A DNA stretch of 52,736 nt from NCBI GenBank assembly GCA_041082235.1, contig JBDOIG010000091.1, positions 1 through 52,736 of the forward strand, read 5' to 3'. This stretch comes from Thermodesulfovibrionales bacterium. GTDB lineage: Bacteria > Nitrospirota > Thermodesulfovibrionia > Thermodesulfovibrionales > CALJEL01. Made by a program: the position numbers and the translations under genes. The notes beneath the pieces are model-generated. The model was not told the origin of the DNA. It searched no databases and saw nothing but the letters and a program-made list of their open reading frames with translations. Below, piece after piece: positions 1-7,795 of the stretch. The first letter of the stretch is position 1, and every line of letters begins with the position of its first letter.

Positions 1-888
1 AAAGAATTCATTTTCCCACAGCTTGAATTTATGTTTGAATACAGCAGGGATAATATCAGGGATATCTTTGATGAGAATAGAAAGGTCATAATTGGTGCCA
101 GGTCATGCGATATATATGCCATAAATATTATTGACAGATTCTTTTCAGGTGAGACAGTCTCAGCCTATGATATCGGGCATCCGAAAAGGAAATTTAAGGA
201 TCCCTATTATTTTTCAAGAAGGCAAAATACCACATTTATATCCATTGGTTGCAATGAGCCAGGGCCTGTGTGTTTCTGCCAGAGTATAGGGACAGGTCCT
301 TTTCTTGAAAGGGGTTTTGATATACAGCTCATTGACCTGGAGGACAGGTATCTTGTGGAGATTGGTTCTGAGAGGGCTGAGGAATTGATAAACAGGCAGA
401 GATATTTATTCAGAAAAGCAGAAAAGGATGACCTTGATGATCGCTATGAGGCATTATTCCTGAGTATCTCAAGGTTTGAAAAGAGGGTGGATCTTGAGGA
501 TGTAAGAAAGAGTGTCCTTGAAAAGAGGATCCCGGAGGATTTCTGGCAATGGTTAGCTGAGAGGTGTTTTGAATGTGGAGGATGTGTTTATGTATGCCCT
601 CTCTGTACATGCTTTAATATCATAGACCATCCTGTAGCTGATCATAAATGGACAAGATTCAGGATATGGGATACATGTCTTTTTAAAGGCTTTACAGAGA
701 TGGCAGGCAGGATTATACCTGCAGAAAAAAAGGAATCAAGACTGAAGAGGTGGTGGTTTCATAAGGTACTCTATTACCCTGAGCAATTCAGGTCCTTTGG
801 CTGTGTGGGCTGTGGTAGATGCACAATTGCATGTCCAGGAAATATTGATATTGCCACAGTCTCTGAAAAGATTAAAAGATGGAGATAA
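1..888 (+). CDS. AsrA/FlxB/sulfhydrogenase-beta-like 4Fe-4S dicluster protein (probably 5'-truncated by window edge)
   Basis: Frame open from base 1 (KEFIFPQLEF-M...). Motifs G-ARSCD, DPYYxxRR, CFCxSxGTGP, CxxCxxCxxxCPxCxC and GCVGCGRCxxxCP. Confidence 0.85.
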   Translation, partial: KEFIFPQLEFMFEYSRDNIRDIFDENRKVIIGARSCDIYAINIIDRFFSGETVSAYDIGHPKRKFKDPYYFSRRQNTTFISIGCNEPGPVCFCQSIGTGPFLERGFDIQLIDLEDRYLVEIGSERAEELINRQRYLFRKAEKDDLDDRYEALFLSISRFEKRVDLEDVRKSVLEKRIPEDFWQWLAERCFECGGCVYVCPLCTCFNIIDHPVADHKWTRFRIWDTCLFKGFTEMAGRIIPAEKKESRLKRWWFHKVLYYPEQFRSFGCVGCGRCTIACPGNIDIATVSEKIKRWR

Positions 889-1694
889 AGGACAATATCT
901 ACAGACCCTTTAAGGCAACTGTCTCTGAGATAAAAGACCTCGCAGAAGGGGTGAGGCTTTTTAAGGTCTTGCCGGAGAAAGAGGTCCATTATTTACCAGG
1001 CCAGTTTTTCATGCTTTCAGTCTGGGGAGCTGGAGAGGCTCCCATATCAGTAAGTTCAACAGAAGGCATACAACCCTATCTGGAATTTGGTGTAAGAAAG
1101 GCTGGCAAAGTTACATCAGCCCTTCATGAGTTAAAGCCAGGTGATACCCTGTGGCTCAGGGGACCTTTTGGAAATAGCTTTGATCTCAGGAGGGCGGAGA
1201 AAAAGGACATAATCTTTATAGCAGGTGGCATAGGGATACTGCCACTAAGGTCATTGATCAATTCTGCCCTCAGGGATATTTCTAAATTTGGGAAGCTCTT
1301 TCTTATCTATGGTGCAAAGAGGCCTTCTGAACTCCTCTTTCTTGATGAGATATCTCTATGGAAGCATAATGGCCTTGAGGTGATTCTTACAGTGGATATA
1401 GGTGATGCGTCATGGAAGGGTAATATCGGTCTTGTAACAGAACATATTGATAAAATAAATACAGATTTTAAGAAGGCCTGTGCCTATGTCTGTGGCCCTG
1501 AGATCATGATGGAAAATACCATTAAGGAGCTTTTACTGAGAGGAATGCCTGATAACTTTATAATCCTCTCCCTTGAAAGGAGGATGAAGTGTGGAATCGG
1601 GAAATGCGGACAGTGTTATTATGGAATAGAATATATATGCATAAATGGTCCTGTATACAGTGTTGATGAGATGAAAAGAAGGTTAAACCTTTAA
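879..1694 (+). CDS. AsrB/FlxA/hydrogenase-gamma-like FAD/NAD(P)-binding oxidoreductase with 2Fe-2S site
   Basis: PGQF...GEAPIS, RGPFGN, AGGIG, VCGP and MKCGIGKCGQC...C motifs. Confidence 0.88.
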   Translation: MEIKDNIYRPFKATVSEIKDLAEGVRLFKVLPEKEVHYLPGQFFMLSVWGAGEAPISVSSTEGIQPYLEFGVRKAGKVTSALHELKPGDTLWLRGPFGNSFDLRRAEKKDIIFIAGGIGILPLRSLINSALRDISKFGKLFLIYGAKRPSELLFLDEISLWKHNGLEVILTVDIGDASWKGNIGLVTEHIDKINTDFKKACAYVCGPEIMMENTIKELLLRGMPDNFIILSLERRMKCGIGKCGQCYYGIEYICINGPVYSVDEMKRRLNL

Positions 1695-1696
1695 GC

Positions 1697-2506
1697 TTAT
1701 CCCAGGCCCACATCAAGGACCATCATTATGGCAAATCCTGTTATTGCTCCCATTGTTGCAATATCTGTGTTTCCATTCCTCTGGGATTCAGGTATAAGCT
1801 CTTCCACAACAACAAATATCATGGCACCTGCTGCAAAACTCAGGGCATAGGGAAGGATTGCCTGCGACCATGACACAGCAAGGACACCGATTAACCCTGC
1901 AACTGGCTCAACTATACCTGAAAGCTGTCCATAAAAAAAGCCCTTGAGCCTTGAAAATCCCTCTCTCCTTAAAGGCATTGATATGGCAAGACCTTCTGGT
2001 AGATTCTGAATGCCTATGCCGATTGCAAGGGCTATCGCACCTGAAAGGGTTGCAGAGCCAAGGCCTTCCTTTAATGCACCGAAGGCAACTCCCACAGCAA
2101 GACCCTCAGGGATATTATGCAATGTCACAGCAAGGACAAAGAGGGTTGTCCTTCTCCATCTTGTCTTTATCCCCTCTGTCTCTTCAGCAGGAAAACCTAG
2201 ATGAAGGTGTGGAAGGACCTTATCAAGGAGCCTTAAAAAAATAGCTCCAGCGATAAAACCAGTAAGAGGCGGAAGCCATCTTGAATACCCGAGTTTTTCA
2301 GCCATTTCAATTGCTGGCTCAAGGAGAGACCAGTAGCTTGCAGCGATCATCACACCAGCAGCAAAGCCGAGCAAACCATCAAGTAGTTTCTGCTTTATTT
2401 CCTTGACAAAAAATACACCTGATGCACCGATTGCTGTAAGTAGATATGTGAAGAGGGTGGCAATAAGGGCCTGACTCAGAGGTGAAAGTTCCCTGAAGGT
2501 CTCCAT
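1697..2506 (-). CDS. ZIP family (GufA/ZupT) metal transporter
   Basis: LHNIPEGLAVG and IQNLPEGLA signatures, multiple TM helices, PHLH loop. Confidence 0.93.
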   Translation of the reverse strand: METFRELSPLSQALIATLFTYLLTAIGASGVFFVKEIKQKLLDGLLGFAAGVMIAASYWSLLEPAIEMAEKLGYSRWLPPLTGFIAGAIFLRLLDKVLPHLHLGFPAEETEGIKTRWRRTTLFVLAVTLHNIPEGLAVGVAFGALKEGLGSATLSGAIALAIGIGIQNLPEGLAISMPLRREGFSRLKGFFYGQLSGIVEPVAGLIGVLAVSWSQAILPYALSFAAGAMIFVVVEELIPESQRNGNTDIATMGAITGFAIMMVLDVGLG

Positions 2507-2558
2507 AAGTTATTATAACTTAAACTTATTATTTACATTGAAATTCATGTCTGTTTAC

Positions 2559-2590
2559 TTGACATCTACGCCTGGTTTATTTTATAAAAT
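2559..2590 (+). promoter_or_regulatory. Putative sigma70 promoter of the hsp20-ino1 operon
   Basis: TTGACA at 2559-2564, then TATAAA at 2583-2588 (18 bp spacer). Confidence 0.45.
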
Positions 2591-2625
2591 AAAACATTGA
2601 TTTCACTTTTCTAAGGATTTTCTTT

Positions 2626-3045
2626 ATGGCTAAGATGAATTTGTTAAAAAATTTTTTTATGGCAGAAGAAATCCTGAACCACTTTTTTGACAGGTCTCTG
2701 GAGATGGGTTGTTATCCTCTCTGGACACCTCCTGTTGATATTTATGAAACTAATGAAAGCTTTATTGTAGAGGCGGAACTCCCGGGTGTAAATGAAGAGG
2801 ATATAGACATAAAGATAGAGGATAATATTCTCCATATCAGAGGGATAAGGAGATCACCTGTGAATAGATTTGTGAAATGTCATAGACTTGAAAGACAGCA
2901 GGGATATTTTTCAAGACGTTTCATGCTTTGCTCTGAAATAGATACTGAAAAAGTCAGAGCATCTTTAAAAGATGGCATACTTACAATTTTAATACCAAAG
3001 AAAAAAGAATTCATAACAAGGCATATAAGGGTAGAAGGTGAATAA
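2626..3045 (+). CDS. Hsp20/alpha-crystallin small heat shock protein
   Basis: [15 protein letters not shown], ERxxGxFxRxF and DGILTIxIPK motifs. Confidence 0.93.
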   Translation: MAKMNLLKNFFMAEEILNHFFDRSLEMGCYPLWTPPVDIYETNESFIVEAELPGVNEEDIDIKIEDNILHIRGIRRSPVNRFVKCHRLERQQGYFSRRFMLCSEIDTEKVRASLKDGILTILIPKKKEFITRHIRVEGE

Positions 3046-4133
3046 TGGGAAAGATCAGGGTTGCGATAGCAGGTGTGGGAAACTGTGCAAGCTCTCTTGT
3101 TCAGGGTGTTGAGTATTATAAGATATTTCAGAAAAGCCTTGGACTCATGCATTATGACCTTGGCGGTTATACGCCAGGGGATATTGAATTTGTTGCAGCC
3201 TTTGATATTGACGAAAGAAAAGTAGGCCAACCTCTCAATAAGGCGATATTTGCAAAGCCCAACTGCACAAAGACCATCTGGAAGGATATGCCTGACAATG
3301 GTGTAATTGTCCAGATGGGAGAGATACTTGATGGCATATCTCCACACATGGAAGAATATCCTCCTGAAAAGAGATTCGTCCCGTCAAAGAAAGAACCCTG
3401 TGATGTTGTAAAGGTTCTTAAGAAAAGCGGCACAGAGATATTACTGAACTATCTTCCTGTAGGCTCAGAAAAGGCAACAGCCTTTTATGCAGAGGCATGT
3501 CTTCAGGCAGGTGTGAGCTTTATAAACTGTGTTCCTGTGTTCATTGCATCAAATCCTGACTGGGAAAAAAAATTCAGGGAAAAGAATATACCAATTATAG
3601 GTGATGACATAAAGAGTCAGATAGGAGCTACCATCATACACAGGGTGCTTACAAAGCTCTGTGAGGACAGGGGTGTGAAGATTGACAGCACCTATCAATT
3701 AAATGTTGGTGGCAATACAGATTTTCTGAATATGTTGAATCGTGCAAGGCTCAGGTCAAAGAAGATATCAAAGACAGAGGCTGTTAAATCTCAGATTCAT
3801 GTTGATATCAGGGATGAACATATCCATATCGGTCCTTCTGATTATGTCCCCTGGCTTAATGATAACAAGGTCTGTTTCATAAGGATTGAGGCAAGGATAT
3901 TTGGTGATATACCCATAAATCTTGAACTCAGGCTCTCTGTTGAGGATTCTCCTAATAGTGCAGGAGTTGTAATAGATGCCATAAGGTGTGCAAAGATAGC
4001 AAGGGACAGAGGAATTGGTGGTGTACTGAGTTCTGCCTCTGCATATTTTATGAAACATCCACCGGTACAGTATTCTGATGAAGAGGCAAGAAAGATGGTG
4101 GAAGAATTTATCTCAGGTAAGAGGACTCATTAG
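3045..4133 (+). CDS. ino1: myo-inositol-1(3)-phosphate synthase
   Basis: [43 protein letters not shown] and EDSPNSAG motifs. Confidence 0.96.
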   Translation: MGKIRVAIAGVGNCASSLVQGVEYYKIFQKSLGLMHYDLGGYTPGDIEFVAAFDIDERKVGQPLNKAIFAKPNCTKTIWKDMPDNGVIVQMGEILDGISPHMEEYPPEKRFVPSKKEPCDVVKVLKKSGTEILLNYLPVGSEKATAFYAEACLQAGVSFINCVPVFIASNPDWEKKFREKNIPIIGDDIKSQIGATIIHRVLTKLCEDRGVKIDSTYQLNVGGNTDFLNMLNRARLRSKKISKTEAVKSQIHVDIRDEHIHIGPSDYVPWLNDNKVCFIRIEARIFGDIPINLELRLSVEDSPNSAGVVIDAIRCAKIARDRGIGGVLSSASAYFMKHPPVQYSDEEARKMVEEFISGKRTH

Positions 4134-4697
4134 TTGCTCAGTGGAAGACTCGGTCATTTCCTTGATAGACCACTGAGGGTCATATCCTTAAAGATTAAGA
4201 TACACCCGAATATCCTGAGCATAACGGGCTTTATTATTACCTCCTTTTCAGCCTTTATAATTCCTGTCTTCCCCTTTTATGGAGGGCTGATCCTTTCCGC
4301 TGGTGGAGCCTTTGATCTTCTTGATGGCGCCGTAGCAAGGAACAGAAACCTTGTGTCAAGATTTGGAGCCTTCCTTGATTCAACACTTGATAGAATCTCT
4401 GATGCATTATTATTTACAGCGGTTTCTATCCTCTTTTATCTCAGGAGCGATATAAACCACAGTCTTCTTTCTATATCATGCCTTATATCGTCTTTTCTTG
4501 TGAGTTATACAAGGGCAAGGATAGAGGGTCTTGGCGGAGAATGCAGGATAGGCCTTGCAGAAAGGCCTGAGAGGATTCTTCTCCTCATAGGAGGACTTAT
4601 AACAGGATATATAAAACTCAGTCTCTGGATTATACTCATTGCATCTTTCATAACAACACTGCAAAGAATCCACCATGCCAGAAAGGTCTTAAGATGA
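4134..4697 (+). CDS. CDP-alcohol phosphatidyltransferase, likely phosphatidylinositol-phosphate synthase
   Basis: DxxDGxxAR...GxxxDxxxD motif plus SYxRAR...ERPER motif typical of PIP/AIP synthases. TTG start directly after the ino1 stop. Confidence 0.85.
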   Translation: MLSGRLGHFLDRPLRVISLKIKIHPNILSITGFIITSFSAFIIPVFPFYGGLILSAGGAFDLLDGAVARNRNLVSRFGAFLDSTLDRISDALLFTAVSILFYLRSDINHSLLSISCLISSFLVSYTRARIEGLGGECRIGLAERPERILLLIGGLITGYIKLSLWIILIASFITTLQRIHHARKVLR

Positions 4698-4885
4698 AGA
4701 GGTGTAAAAGAGAAGAAAAGGAAAGACTTATAAAGACCTCTGTATATCTTGAGGAGGAGGTCATTGAAAGCCTCAAGAAAAAGGCTGAGCAACTAACAGC
4801 CGAGACAGGAAAGAGATGGTCAACAGGCGGAGTTATCAGGCTTGCCCTCAGTGAATTTTTTACAAGAAGGGGAAAGATTATTTAG
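4694..4885 (+). CDS. Small ribbon-helix-helix (CopG-like) DNA-binding protein
   Basis: KTSVYL beta-strand, helix, STGGVIRLALSEFF helix. ATGA overlap with the upstream stop region. Confidence 0.65.
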   Translation: MKRCKREEKERLIKTSVYLEEEVIESLKKKAEQLTAETGKRWSTGGVIRLALSEFFTRRGKII

Positions 4886-5306
4886 GCCTTACAATAAGCA
4901 CAGGTTTTGTTGACCGTCTGAGGACCCTCATGGCAACAGAACCAACAACCACGCGGCCCAGACCTGTTCTTCCATGACTTCCCATCACGATCAGGTCAAC
5001 ATTCTTTTCATTGGCAATCCTTACAATCTCTTCATAGGGTCTTCCCCTGGCGATTATCTTTTCCACCAGGAGCCCCTTAAATCTATCCTTTATAAACTCC
5101 TCAAGCCTCTGCTCTGCATCAGATATTATCTTTTTGACAATATTTGAGAGGTCAGGCACGTAATAACCTTCCCATGCAATTTCTTCAGGAATGACAGTAA
5201 GGACAATCACGCTGGCATTATTTCTTTGAGAGATATCTTCAGCCATATCAAGTGCCTTCAGGGATGCCTCTGACAGGTCAGTGGCATAAAGAATCCTTTT
5301 AAGCAT
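4878..5306 (-). CDS. Universal stress protein (UspA family)
   Basis: ILYATDLS, DLIVMGSHGRTG...GSVA and PVLIVR motifs. AGGAGG RBS upstream. Confidence 0.95.
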   Translation of the reverse strand: MLKRILYATDLSEASLKALDMAEDISQRNNASVIVLTVIPEEIAWEGYYVPDLSNIVKKIISDAEQRLEEFIKDRFKGLLVEKIIARGRPYEEIVRIANEKNVDLIVMGSHGRTGLGRVVVGSVAMRVLRRSTKPVLIVRPK

Positions 5307-5392
5307 GGAACACCTCCTGGCGATAAAATAACCTACAGGTTGCTCCTATTAAAGATAGTATCAGAAAATCACGGTCAGGTCAAATCTCCTTC

Positions 5393-5512
5393 CACTGTCT
5401 GAATATTATTGAGTTCCTCTCAAAACCCCTGTTTCCAGCGCCATTTCTTAAAAAGGTAAAAGAGATTATCTCAGGGAATGAGGATATTTATAAAAAATAT
5501 ACTTTAATGTAG
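5393..5512 (+). pseudogene. Possible remnant of a response-regulator receiver domain C-terminus
   Basis: Startless frame translates HCLNIIEFLSKPLFPAPFLKKVKEIISG...*, resembling the beta5-KP-alpha5 end of REC domains. Confidence 0.4.
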
Positions 5513-5582
5513 GAAACAGCTTAAATAGTAAGAAAAAGGGCAGGGGATGTCTGAAATCCTTTATATTTACCCAAAATAAATA

Positions 5583-5611
5583 TTGATAATATCTTAATAG
5601 AGTATTATAAT
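5583..5611 (+). promoter_or_regulatory. sigma70 promoter of the small lipoprotein gene
   Basis: TTGATA-N17-TATAAT, followed by AAGGAGG RBS. Confidence 0.75.
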
Positions 5612-5638
5612 AGGTTTTTTGAAAGGAGGTGAGCGGAG

Positions 5639-5833
5639 GTGAAGAAGATTTTGGCAATAGTTCTTTCCTTAGTTCTCGCACTTGCCTTTACAATGGCAAT
5701 CGGCTGCAAAAAGGCTGAGGAGCAGAAGCCAGCAGAGGCACCAGCTCCAGCAGCACCTGCAGCACCAGAGCAGGCACCAGCCCAGCAGCCTGCAGCACCG
5801 GCACAGCCAGCACCAGCACAGCCTGGCAAATAG
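5639..5833 (+). CDS. Small Ala/Pro/Gln-rich lipoprotein
   Basis: MKK + hydrophobic stretch + AIGC lipobox, low-complexity PAAP/QPA tail. Has its own promoter, RBS and terminator. Confidence 0.8.
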   Translation: MKKILAIVLSLVLALAFTMAIGCKKAEEQKPAEAPAPAAPAAPEQAPAQQPAAPAQPAPAQPGK

Positions 5834-5859
5834 TAGCTTAGTCAAAATGAGCACTGTTG

Positions 5860-5893
5860 AAAAGGGGCAGGATGTAATTCCTGCCCTTTTTTT
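5860..5893 (+). terminator. Rho-independent terminator
   Basis: GGGCAGGA-loop-TCCTGCCC followed by T7; A-tract on the other side. Confidence 0.8.
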
Positions 5894-5900
5894 ATTTCTA

Positions 5901-6045
5901 AAAATCGCCGAAATAAAATATGCAGACTGGCTTAAAGTCTTTACAGAGCGACTATGAGCAGGATACAGGATTCAAGATACAATTCAGGATTTAAGATTTT
6001 AAAAAATCGTGTATCTTGTATCATGGATTAGGGTGTCGCAGGCAA
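5901..6045. repeat. Intergenic repeat element, copy 1 (MITE/REP-like; right arm truncated)
   Basis: Left arm AAATCGCCGAAATAAAATATGCAGACTGGCTTAAAGTCTTTACAGAGCGAC, CAGGATW heptamers and GTGTATCTTGTATCATGGATT...GTGTCGCA; these parts are shared with the copies at 9870 and/or 11269. Confidence 0.7.
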
Positions 6046-6065
6046 TATGTGGTCTTTTAAACCTA

Positions 6066-6094
6066 TTGATTTTTCTTATAAAAATTGTTATCTT
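6066..6094 (+). promoter_or_regulatory. Putative sigma70 promoter of rimP-nusA
   Basis: TTGATT-N17-TATCTT with extended -10 TGn. Confidence 0.5.
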
Positions 6095-6216
6095 ATATAA
6101 AGGTTATTGGCCTTCAGGATTATGCGTAATGAGCGAGGGTTCAAAAGCAAATGAGGTAATGCTGAAATAGCATTTATTGAGACTCTGTTCTGCAGGATGC
6201 TGAAGGCTTAAATTAT

Positions 6217-6240
6217 AAAGTGGGAAAACCCACTTTTTTG
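6217..6240 (+). ncRNA. rimP leader hairpin
   Basis: AAAGTGGG-AAAA-CCCACTTTTTT just upstream of the rimP RBS, matching the conserved GUGGG...CCCAC rimP-leader element. Confidence 0.8.
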
Positions 6241-6258
6241 TTTTTAAGGATATTTACT

Positions 6259-6714
6259 ATGAATGATATTAAAGAAAGGATATGGAGGCTTGCAAGAGAG
6301 GTTGCAGAGCAGGAGGACCTTGAGCTTGTGGATATTGAACTCACTCGTGGCAGGAGGGTGGTATTAAGGGTCTTTATAGATAAGGAAGGTGGAGTAACAA
6401 TAGAGGATTGCGAGAGGATGAGCAGAGCACTTGAGGCCCTCTTAGATGTAGAGGACCCGATCAAGGAATCCTATATCCTTGAGGTATCCTCTCCAGGGCT
6501 TGACAGGCCATTAAAAGGCAGACATGATTTTATAAGGAATATGGGAAGGCTTGCAAGGGTTATTACCAGGGAGAAGGTGGAGAACCAGAACTTTTTTATA
6601 GGAAGGATAGAAGGCGCTGATGAAGAGGGTATTACAATTAATCTTGGCAAAAGGACAGTCTTTATAATGTATGATAATATATCAAGGGCTAATCTTGAGG
6701 TGGAGATAAGATGA
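6259..6714 (+). CDS. rimP: Ribosome maturation factor RimP
   Basis: LRVFIDKEGGVTIEDCERMSR and YILEVSSPGLDRPL motifs. Start moved to ATG 6259 (AAGGA RBS, after the leader hairpin). Confidence 0.96.
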   Translation: MNDIKERIWRLAREVAEQEDLELVDIELTRGRRVVLRVFIDKEGGVTIEDCERMSRALEALLDVEDPIKESYILEVSSPGLDRPLKGRHDFIRNMGRLARVITREKVENQNFFIGRIEGADEEGITINLGKRTVFIMYDNISRANLEVEIR

Positions 6715-7775
6715 CAAAGGAACTCTGTTACATAGTTGACCAGATAAGCAGGGAGAAGGCAATACCAAAGGAGGTATTGCTCAATGCCCTTCAGTCTGCC
6801 CTTCAATCAGCAGCAAGGAAGAGATTTGGTGGAAGGACAAATATTAATCTCAGGATTGATCCTAAGACCTGTGCTATAACAGTCACAGAGGCAAAGAAGG
6901 TCGTGGAAACTGTCTCTGATGCTGATCAGGAGATTTCCCTTGATGAGGCAAAAAAGATAAAGACAGATGCAGCCCTTGATGATATAGTGGAGCTACCCAT
7001 ACACCTTGAGGATTTTGGAAGAATAGCAGCCCAGACAGCCAAACAGGTGATACTCCAGAGGGTCAGAGAGGCTGAGAAGAATGTAATTTATAATGAATTT
7101 AAGGATAAAAAAGGAACTGTTGTCTCGGGTACTGTGATGCGAAGGGAGAAGGGCAATTACTATGTCAGTATTGGAAGGGCAGAGGCAATACTTCCTGTTA
7201 AGGAGACGCTGCCAAATGAGAACCTCAGGCGGGGCGATATCATAAAGGCATATATAACAGATGTGCAGGATACATCAAAGGGCCCTGTGATTTTACTTTC
7301 AAGGACAGTACCAGAATTTGTTGCAGCGCTTTTTAAGATGGAGGTCCCTGAGATAGCTGATGGAGCAGTGATACTAAAAAATATAGTAAGGGAACCAGGG
7401 GAAAGAACAAAACTGGCAGTTTATTCTTCAAATCCTGCCATTGACCCTGTTGGTTCCTGTGTCGGGATGAAGGGCACGAGGGTTCAGGCTATTGTAAGGG
7501 AATTAAGAGGAGAAAGAATAGACATCATCCCCTGGAATGATGATCCACGGGTTCTTATTGCAAGGGCATTAAGTCCTGCTCAGGTTGAAAGGATTGGAAT
7601 AAATGAAGAGGAAAAGACTGCTATGGTCATAGTGCCTGATGAGCAACTTTCAATAGCCATTGGTAAAAAGGGGCACAATGTCAGGCTTGCCATGAAACTC
7701 ACTGGCTGGGATATAGATATAATGAGTGAGAGCGAATATTCAAAGGCAAAGGCCGAGCAGGAGGTTAAGGAGTAG
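6711..7775 (+). CDS. nusA: Transcription factor NusA (short form, no AR domains)
   Basis: FGRIAAQTAKQVI, REPGERTKLAV, DPVGSCVGMKGTRV and LSIAIGKKGHNVRLA motifs. Confidence 0.97.
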   Translation: MTKELCYIVDQISREKAIPKEVLLNALQSALQSAARKRFGGRTNINLRIDPKTCAITVTEAKKVVETVSDADQEISLDEAKKIKTDAALDDIVELPIHLEDFGRIAAQTAKQVILQRVREAEKNVIYNEFKDKKGTVVSGTVMRREKGNYYVSIGRAEAILPVKETLPNENLRRGDIIKAYITDVQDTSKGPVILLSRTVPEFVAALFKMEVPEIADGAVILKNIVREPGERTKLAVYSSNPAIDPVGSCVGMKGTRVQAIVRELRGERIDIIPWNDDPRVLIARALSPAQVERIGINEEEKTAMVIVPDEQLSIAIGKKGHNVRLAMKLTGWDIDIMSESEYSKAKAEQEVKE

Positions 7776-7795
7776 AAAGCAGGGTGCAGGGAGTG

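Noticed and set aside
3045-4697. Di-myo-inositol-phosphate compatible-solute pathway
   Set aside because: No cytidylyltransferase domain or gene nearby, and the motifs fit PIP synthase better; not fully excluded.
5605-5957. Cys/Ala/Gln-rich alternative ORFs (5605-5829 -, 5669-5854 -, 5682-5957 +) resembling RiPP or metallothionein precursors
   Set aside because: They are shadows of the GCA/CCA/CAG codon repeats of the lipoprotein gene, which holds the promoter, RBS, lipobox and terminator.
6110-6210. tRNA upstream of rimP (GGTTCAAA resembles a T-loop)
   Set aside because: No cloverleaf, T-stem pairing or acceptor stem could be built.
6220-6258. N-terminal extension of RimP from GTG 6220
   Set aside because: It lies inside the rimP leader hairpin; ATG 6259 has the RBS.
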